NCBI GenBank assembly: GCA_023213395.1
Contig: CM041465.1
Location: forward strand, 181,295,741 to 181,359,740
DNA length: 64,000 nucleotides
Direction: 5' to 3'
Source of the DNA: Cycas panzhihuaensis
Lineage: Eukaryota > Plantae > Cycadophyta
Below, piece by piece: positions 55,091-64,000 of the stretch; positions within the stretch are counted from its first letter, which is position 1; each line of letters opens with the position of its first letter. The notes below the pieces were generated by a model. That model made no database searches. It saw only the letters and a list, made by a program, of their open reading frames with translations, and was not told where the DNA came from. The position numbers and the translations under genes are program-made.

Positions 55091-58000
55091 CTAGAATTCT
55101 TATTTGTCACAAATTTTCTCATTAAAAAGGTAAAATACCATGTCCTACCTATGGTTTTATGGCAATACCATGAGCCCATCACATTACCCATCAAATCTAA
55201 GTCAAAATCCTTTAGATTTCTCTTATAGTTTTGGCTCATGGTTTCAATGAAATTGTGGACCCTAAAACCACCCTAATCTATTCCATCATCATTTATTTAT
55301 ATCTCCTCATTTCATGAAATAGGGGAGAATCTTTTGTGTACTAAAATGCTATTGGATAACCTTCATATGCATCTAAACTATTGATTATTAATTATGAATT
55401 TTAGCTTGGAATTAGAGTCAACATGTTGGAGGGAGCCATCTCTCTTAAATCTTAAAGCTATGAGCCTTATGATCATTACGAGATTAGGGGGCATCATAGA
55501 TTATTTAGTTTCTATCTTTCATTCTCGTTTCTTCTATATTTTTAATTTTTATAAAAACACATCTTTGTTGCTTGAATGTCCCCCTTTTGAGCCCTTTCAC
55601 TTCACTTCTTATCTCCTAAAAATGTTCAAAGTGGTTGAAGACCTATTAATATTGTTGGTCTTAAATGTAGTGGTAATCTTTCCATTTCTAAGGCTTTCAT
55701 AGTTGGGTTTAATTTGCAAGTGAATTTGCTAGTTTTAGTTTTCTTTTCATTTTGCTATATTATTTAGAAGCATGCCTCTAGGGGGTCACTGAAGATAAGA
55801 ATATTAAGCTTATACTACCACTATGCCAGGGGCTTAAAAGTCCTCGAAGGTAGGGGATAAGTCACCCACAAAGGGCATTTGTACATTAGAACATAGGTTC
55901 AGAGACCTGGAAATAGTGTATAAGACTTTCCCTCTTAGCAGACACATTCTAGGGTTCGAGTTGGACAAGGGCATCCTTAGTTTACTGAGTAGCCTAAGGA
56001 AGGACTCTCTTATCCTGATGGGGGAAGGAAGGAGAGAAAAGGTCAAGGCTCTCTTCCAGGGAAGAGGGGAAAGAGAAGAAGCAAGCCCTAATGGGATAGG
56101 GGCCCATGGGACAAGTGAGATAAATGATTAGTTGGGAGGTGCGAAGGGGATTTGGTATGCAGAAACCAAATCCAAGAAACAAGATTAATGGTGCATTTTG
56201 CTAAAGATTACCTAAAGGGGATGCCTCTTGGGTTCAGGTTAAATAAAGTAAGTTGACTAACTACACTAAGGGTTTTAGGTAGTGTTTTAGTCTTGCTTAA
56301 GGAGTAAGATAGTGTATAAGTGCAAGGTATCAATGCTAAAAGAATGTAACTCAAAAAAGAATGTTCACACACACACACACTCTCTCTCTTTTATCCTCTC
56401 CCTCTTTTCCTTTTTATCAATGGGAGGAGAGGGGTGTAAGGAAGAGAAAGAGTATGAATGGACTATGTAACCCTTCCTAAAGATACATGGAAGAAGGATA
56501 ACTATCAAAACCAAAGTTCACTTTCTCAATCCTACCCTTATACCCATGCATGTGAATAGAATGAAAAAAGGAGGGTGTAACAAGGAAAAGAAAACCTTTC
56601 TATGGGTTCATCACTTTTTCCTTTAAGGGGAGGAATAAGAGATGCACTTGTTTGAGTTACGCTTTTCTATGCTTATACAAGTGAGAAGGGAAGACAAGGT
56701 CTATGCATATTAATGCAGAATGGAAATGCAAAGATGAATATGCTCCTTTTATGCTTTCCTTTGACAAATGCAAGTATGCAAGCAAGCAGTTGCAAGCTTA
56801 AATGTGACCAAGTTCCTTTTAAGAAGAAAGGGGGAGAAGCAAAGAAGAAGGAAGAGGAGAAGAGTTGGAAGGGGTGCACCTCAAAATGAGCCGGTTGATG
56901 AAGTGCCTCTCTTTCCCTTCTTCATCTTCCTTTCACCCATCACCTTACACTCTAAGTCATGGTTGACGTTGTGGATGAAATCATAGGTGGGGCTTCCTTA
57001 CCTTCATTGAAGTGTAGTATGAAAGAATAAAGAACTTAAAGGAAAGCTTCAAAGAAAAATAAATATAAATGAGACAAATGTACCTTCTAGGTTACAACAT
57101 GGTCTTGCTTGCTCAAGATGAGTGGGGTTTCTATATGAATAAACCCTTTCAACAATAAGCAATAATATGCATGTGTATATACATGTAGAGGTATGTGCAT
57201 ATGCGCTCCACTAAAATAAAGTTCAAACTTGCTTAATATTCAAAAGAAAGAAATAATTCACTTTATAACTTTCCTTATGTGCCAAAAGAATTTCCAAGAA
57301 CCTCTAAGGGGAACAAAAGGTGGCTTTGAAGGTAAGAGAAAGGAGAGCCTTGAAATGACAAACTCCTTCAACTAAGCTACCTCTTGCATGCTCAGGTACT
57401 CTAATTACAGGTTAGAAGAGGATTGAGAGCTCCAAGTAAACAAAAAGATAGAGACAACTTACAAGAAGTATAAGAAGTTGTAAAAGCTATAAAAAGCATA
57501 AATGCTGCAAAAGTCACAATGTTGTAACTCTTACAAGATATGTAAGAAAGGGTGTAGATCCCACAAAAGATAAACCATGCGAGGAAATTTATTGCCAAAT
57601 AGTATATAGGAAGGTTAATTGCAAGCATTATAAGAGTTGTAAACGCTATAATCAGTAGTGGCCCTTACCCAATGGGGGTTTCTTGGTTTGTAGGATGGAT
57701 ACAAAGTAGGAAACTAAGAGAGGTAGGGGGCTACCCTAGTGGACATGGCTATAGGAGTTGGAACTCTAGCCATGAACTCCTATTCTCCCTCTCAAGAGAG
57801 TCCCATAATCCACCTAGATGTGCCCAAAAAATACCCAAGGGATATGGAGGTACAACCAAAGGAGAAAGGAAGGCTTTGCCTTCCTTTGGACACCTAAAAG
57901 AGATAAAAATATATGTAAAACTTGCAACAAATAGAGTTATTGACCAGTTACACTTGCTAAAGGAAAGGAACAACAAGAAATAAACATGTTTGCAACCACA

Positions 58001-58820
58001 AAACGGAAGTAAAATGAGTATTACCTCATATACAAATAGAAATATATGAGAATGCTCCTTACTAGGTGAAGAAGGGCTCCTTTTAGAGGTGAGAAGGAGA
58101 TGCAAAACTTTGTAAAACCTGCTACTATTGCTAGAGTGAGTACCATGGAGGAAAGATTTATTGGAGGAGGTTTGGTTTAGACCTACATTCTAGGGTTTTA
58201 CCCTTGGAGAAGAGGAGAATAGGAAGACAGATTATAAGTGCAAGTAAGAGGCATTTTTTCCTTTCATATGAAAGCCAAGAGAGGTAAAATAAATTCGAAT
58301 TTAGGTTTTTATACCTAAATTAGGGTTCTTGAGCAATTAGGGTTCAATATGGGTGAGAAACAATGATCTGCCACATGTTAATCTTGCAATAAAACCAAAA
58401 CTGGTCATTGCCACACTGTAAAAGTTAATGGACAGTCGCCCTATGGCAAACTTTGTGGTACCATGAAGTTTAGTGTGGTACTATAAATATTGCCACGGTG
58501 CAAGCAAAATACAAAGAAAAATAAAAAGGAGGCATAGGGGACCTCTAAAAGAAGGGTCGTAGGGCATAATAGAGAGATATGCTAGATTGGTAAGCCCTTT
58601 AGGGGACCTCTAGGCATTAGTGGGGCCTCCTAAATATGCAAAATGGTGCATAAGAGGCCTCAACTGAAGGAAGGATAGATCTAGGGAATAAATCACTCAC
58701 ATGTACATAATGGCAATGGAGAATGAAAAAGAGATGAAACAAAATATGGGAGCAAGCTTGGAGGTGAGAATGAACAATAACTCCCTCTTTAAGATTTCAC
58801 CTTTTATTATTGAGGGTGAG

Positions 58821-61800
58821 TATTAGGCTTAGGATTTTTCCACCTAATGACATGAACTCAAAATTACATCTAAATGCACATAAAGTGAATTTTATTAAGA
58901 GACTAATGCTAATAATATATCCTATGATCACATAATTAATCTATACAAATGATCTTGATATATTAACCTCTTTTAATTCCCCCCTTAATGGTAGAAGGTC
59001 ACTTTGAGAAAATCTATTCTATGAGGTCTTCATTTGAGCCTCATTATTATATTGAAATTTTAAATGACACTTTTGTGGGAAAATCGTTATGGGGAATAAA
59101 ATCCCATGAACTTTCTAAGATCTATAGCCCCTTTTATAAATCAAAATGGCTAAGGTGGCTCTTTGATATAGCCTGATTACCAAGCGGCTTAAATGTATAG
59201 CTTAATCTACTGAATCTCCATATATCATTTGGTCATCCCCTATGCCCTTTTGGGTTTTCATAGGTTCTAATTTTCCAAAACTAGTATAACCCTTATACTT
59301 CCGTGCCTACATAGGGTTTTCACAAATAGGATAGAGTAAAGACTTACTCTTATTCTTCCATGCCCACAAGGGATTTTCACGAAGAGAATAGAGCATGATG
59401 ATCCTATTACCATCTTCTTTGATCGGTCAAAGATGGAGGCGCTAAGGCCGAGTTGCCTTCGAAACTGTTTAAACTTCACCTTTTGCAGTGGTTTTATGAA
59501 GATATCAGCCACTTGATTTGTTGTGGGGTAGCATTCCAATTGAATTATGCTGTCATGAACAAGTTCTCTAATCCAGTGGACTTTTGTACTTATGTGTTTA
59601 GTATGATCGTGAAATATAGGATTTTTTACTATGTAGATTACTGATTGATTATCCACATGAAGACTCGTAGGATTTGTTTGGGTGATATTTAAAGTTTCTA
59701 ATAATTTTCTCAGCCATATCACCTCTTTACTAATTTTAGAAGCAACAATATATTCAGCTTCGACAGTTGAATCTACAACTATCTTCTGCGGTCTGGATCT
59801 CCATGATATTGGTGTTGTTCCAAGAAATGTTACATACCCAGACATAAATCTTCTTATATCTTTATCTCTTGCAAAGTCAGAGTCTATGTATGCAGAAAGC
59901 GTGAAGTTTGAATTAGGTTCATACAACAGACCATATTTTCTAGTCATCTTAAGGTATGTCAACACTCGCACTGCTGCCTGCCAATGATTCTGCTTAGGAT
60001 TTGTCATGTAACAAGCAAGAATGCCAATAGAGTATGTAATATCTGGCTTTGTATTGGTAGTGTAGATGAGACTACCTACAAGTTTTCTATAGAGTGTTAC
60101 GTTTGCCTCCCTAGTGTCATCTTCAGCTAAGAGTTTGGTATTAGGGTCCATAGGTAAAATCACTGGTTGAGCATCTTTTAACTGAAACTTGGTTAGAAGA
60201 TCATTGATGTATTTTTCTTGGGAGAGGAAAATTTTTCCATTCTTTTGTGTTACTTCAATTCCCAAGTAATATTTCATCAAACTGAGGTCAGAGAATTTGA
60301 ATGTTTTGTCAAGGTCCTTTTTCAGCTGGCTTATTACCTATTCACTATTACCCGTTACTAGCATGTCATCCACAAAGATTATGAGATAAGTGACTCTATC
60401 CTTATAATGCTTGATAAACAATGTTGCATCAATATCTTGGTAGTAACAAACCTCATATTTGAGTTGTCTCATTCTTTTAGATAACTTGGCAAACCAAGTG
60501 TGGGTGGCTTGTTTAAAATCGTACAAGGACTTTCTGAGCCTGCAAACCTTATGCTTTTGACCTTCGATCTTATATCCTTCTTGCTAAGCCATGTAAATTT
60601 TTTCTTCAAGATCTCCATTGAGAAACGTGGTCTTAATATCGAGTTGGTGGATTTTCTAACTATGTTGAGCAGCCAAGGTCACAAGAGTTCTAATTGTAAG
60701 CCACTTGGTTGTAGGTGCAAAGACTTTAGTGTAGTTGATACCTTCCCTTTGTGTAAATTCTTTAGCTACCAACCTCACCTTGTGTTTTTCAAGGGTGTTG
60801 TCTGATCTATATTTGTTTTTGAACACCCATTTATTTTGAACTACCTTTCTTCCAAGCGGTGGATCAATAAGCTCCTATGTACTGTTCTTGATAAAAGATT
60901 GGTACTCTTCATTTATGGTATTTCTCTAAGCTGTATGTTTTATAACTTCTTGGTATGAGAGGGGCTCTTCATTAAGAGTAAGGTGTAGTTCTATTGGTTC
61001 AAGCTTAGTATATAATGATTCTTGCATCCTTACTCTATGGGCACTTTGAGTGCCAGTTTTGCCCACCTCATCTAGTCGTATGTCCTTATTGAGTTAGCGG
61101 GCCTATCGAGATCCTCGAGTTAGGAATGAAGTCCTCATTTCCTCAACTTCTTGGTTCTCATTTTGTTCATTGAAATGATTATTTTGTGAGGAGGATGTTG
61201 ATACACTTGAGGAAGATGGTCCTTCTACCACAATTTTGCCTTTGTTAACCGAAGGTGGAGGGGATGGTTCTTCTATAATGGATTTGCCTTTATCAACTTT
61301 GTTATCTTCAAAGGATGGTGTTGGATGTGCACTCATCGGTTCAGAGTCATAACTTGTATCCTTTGAGGCTCTATTATCAGCTTCCAATATTTGGAGTAAT
61401 TTATGTCTATCGCCCCTTCCCCCCTCCCCCCTCAAAATTTTAGAATCTGAACATCATACTTGATAGCATTATTATAGCGGCGTGAGGATACTTTGGAGTC
61501 TAGTTTAAGTAAGTAATCATCTGTCTCTGCAAAAATGATATCTCTGGTAATGATGATTTTTCATTATGAAGGTATAAAGACATTATACCTTTTCTTATCT
61601 ATAGGGTATCTAACAAAGATGCCTTTAAGTGCCCTTGGATGGAGTTTATTTTGATCTGCATCTAGAATATGGGCATAGTATGTAGAAGTAAAAATTTTAA
61701 AGTAGTGAATAATGGGGGCTTGTCCTGACCACTTTTCATTAGGTGCTTGTCCTTCCTTTGATGGGCTAACATCATTGATTCAATAAACAATTGTCTAGAT

Positions 61801-64000
61801 AGTTTCAACCCATAGGTAGGCAGGTACATTTTTGTATACTAACATAGCATGAACTATGTTCACAATTGTCTTGTTCAGATACTTAGTAACTCTATTTTGC
61901 TACGGGGTTCCTATTAGTATTATTTGATACTTGGTACCATTGTCTCGAAGGTAGCTTTCAAACTTATGTGAGGTATATTTGCTACCATTATTAGTTCGAA
62001 GATATTTGAGTTGATAACCTGACTCTTTTTCAGTGCGGGTTTTGAATTCTTTGAATACATAGAAGACTTCATCTATCTTATGTAGAAAAGCTACCCATAA
62101 TTTTCTAGTGAAATCATCAATGAAAAAGATATAATATAACTTGTCCTTTAGTGAAGGAATAAGCATTAGTCCACATAGATCATAATGTACCAATTGTAAT
62201 GGATGACTCGATTTCCACTGACTTTTGAGAAAGGGTTATTAATGAGATTTGGCAATGATATAAGCTTTACATTTAAAGGGCTTAGAGGAGAACTTTAGAA
62301 AGTTTAGAAGAGTGTTAAAAATATCTCTAAGTCTATCAATGTGAACATGGCCCATGCGAGCATGCCAAAGAGCTTTTGGTAACAACATTGGGTGGGTCAA
62401 GATGGAATTAAATACAAATTCTTCATCAAGGTAAGGGCTTTGGGCATAATGGGCTTCAGAAGATGGAGAACTATTCAGTCGAAAGAGTTTGCTAGAGAGA
62501 TGTCCAGTCAAGACCACTTGATTAGTTAGAGGGTGAATGACCTGGAGAATTTGGTCATTTGCAGTTACACTCAGATTAAATCCACGAGAGACAAGTGTGG
62601 ATAAGGAGAGTAGGTTTTGTTTGAAATTGTATATGTATAAGACATCAAGCAATATAAAATCTTCTAAGCTTGGGAGTTTCAGGCAAATGTTACCAATTCC
62701 TTCAACAAGTTATTGTGATTTATCAGCCATGTGAACAACTCCTTAAACATTTAAGTTAAATGTTTGATATAGACTGCAATTACACGTCATATGTTGAGTT
62801 TCTCTAGTGTCTATGATCCACTGTCCATCGATTGAAGCCATACTATTGGCAATTCTAATAGGGCTTGGCATTGGTGAAGGGAATTCACAAATGATATATC
62901 CACATTGAACTTCAAAGTATCTTTGTGGTTAGTCAATGGCATTTGATGCTAAAGATTCCTCAATTCTTTAAAAATGTGCCTGTACAAAACCTACACCACT
63001 AAAGGATTCTTTACAAGTTTCTTCAACATTATAAGCTCCATGTTTTGGTTGGAACTTAGCCAACTTATAAGTGGCAGTTCTGTAGTCTTTTGCTAAGTGT
63101 CTGCATTTGCCATAATCGATCACACATAATAGTTTGATTACCAGTCTCTGAAGAGGTACTGGTTTGGCCTGACTGTTTTAGTCTTTATTGAGGTGGCGTT
63201 TAGCCTTAAGACTATCAAGGTTGTGACTGAGGGTTTGGTTGACCTTGTGGATAATTTTCTATATTTCTTTATCTTCCTCTTGCTTGATTATTTCCTTTGC
63301 CATGAGAGGGACCTTGATTTTTTATGTAGCAAACTTCTTCTTCCACCTCAAAGGTCGATCCGAAGAGAGTCATAGGCTACAAAGTTGGTATCAAAGGTCT
63401 TGTCAAATTTTATGAACTTCTCAGCAAGTGCTTTGAAGTTGAGTGTCTTTAGTGTTTCACTAGATTGAAGACTTCCAAGCAAGTTTTTATAATGAGGGAC
63501 ATGTAGACATGATTGGATCAAGAATGCCCAAGTGATACATTAGATCTTAAAGTCTTTATCAATTGATTGTTTAATTGGTCAAAGGAGATTTATCGTCTCA
63601 TGAGCTCGTCCCTTCTGTATTTTTAATTTGTTCATTTTCGAAACAAGATGAACAAATTCTAAATCTAACATGGTATTAAAGTTCTTCTTGAGAACTTCAA
63701 GGACCTTCTACGATGTGTCATGTTGCTCTCCAGTAATCAAGTTGTGCAAGGAGTGACTAGTAACTAACAAAATTCTCACATAAATCTCTTCATCATCTAT
63801 CTCCCGTTATAGTTTGGATGCAATATCTATAGGAGCTATTGGGGCAGATCCACCAAAAACATGTGTTATAGATGTTACAGATATGATGGGTGTAGGCTGC
63901 AAGTGGGTTCTCCAAAGGCCTTCATACTTTGCAACATTTTTAACTTCAGTGCACCACAAATCCTAATTTTCTTTGCCTTTCAATATGTAGTTAACATTTT
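58821..64000 (-). mobile_element. Element H: decayed Ty1/copia retrotransposon, 5' part beyond the right edge
   Basis: PPT (ttccccccctt on +) at ~58978; RT/RNase H ORF 59267-60280 (YLGIEV..YRKLVGSLIY..STVEAEY..QVADIF); FVDDML; integrase FIDDFTRKLW; LWHARMGH; protease WIIDT; gag remnants to the edge; 3' LTR limits tentative. Confidence 0.92.

Overview
AT-rich land-plant nuclear DNA. The long intron, dense decayed retroelements and pervasive C>T decay suggest a large-genome gymnosperm (inference). The only recognisable host gene is the 5' end of AUGMIN subunit 4 (AUG4/HAUS4) on the minus strand: three exons at 2239-1756, with intron 3 running off the left edge. Upstream are a ~4.6 kb (TA)n-rich microsatellite and a 34-kb nest of retroelements (13170-47513) that can be ordered from LTR pairs, PBS/PPT and TSDs. 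Element A contains B, and A's 5' LTR is split by C. C contains D, F and G, and F contains a LINE and E. Further right are a CpG-retaining island with an AACGG/MSA cluster (48.3-48.9 kb), decayed TE debris and a copia element running off the right edge. Three observations stand out. (1) Two related gag-only, pol-less LTR elements (D, E) carry host gene fragments upstream of gag. E has a clear papain-family I29 prodomain/C1A mosaic lacking the catalytic Cys segment, and appears to have swapped LTRs. (2) Two elements have non-canonical termini placed by their TSDs: A retains 8 nt of tRNA-primer sequence at its 3' end, and D has both LTRs extended 41 bp past the normal PPT. (3) Sister LTRs of element A carry different microsatellites at the same site. 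All calls are by eye; no database searches were run.
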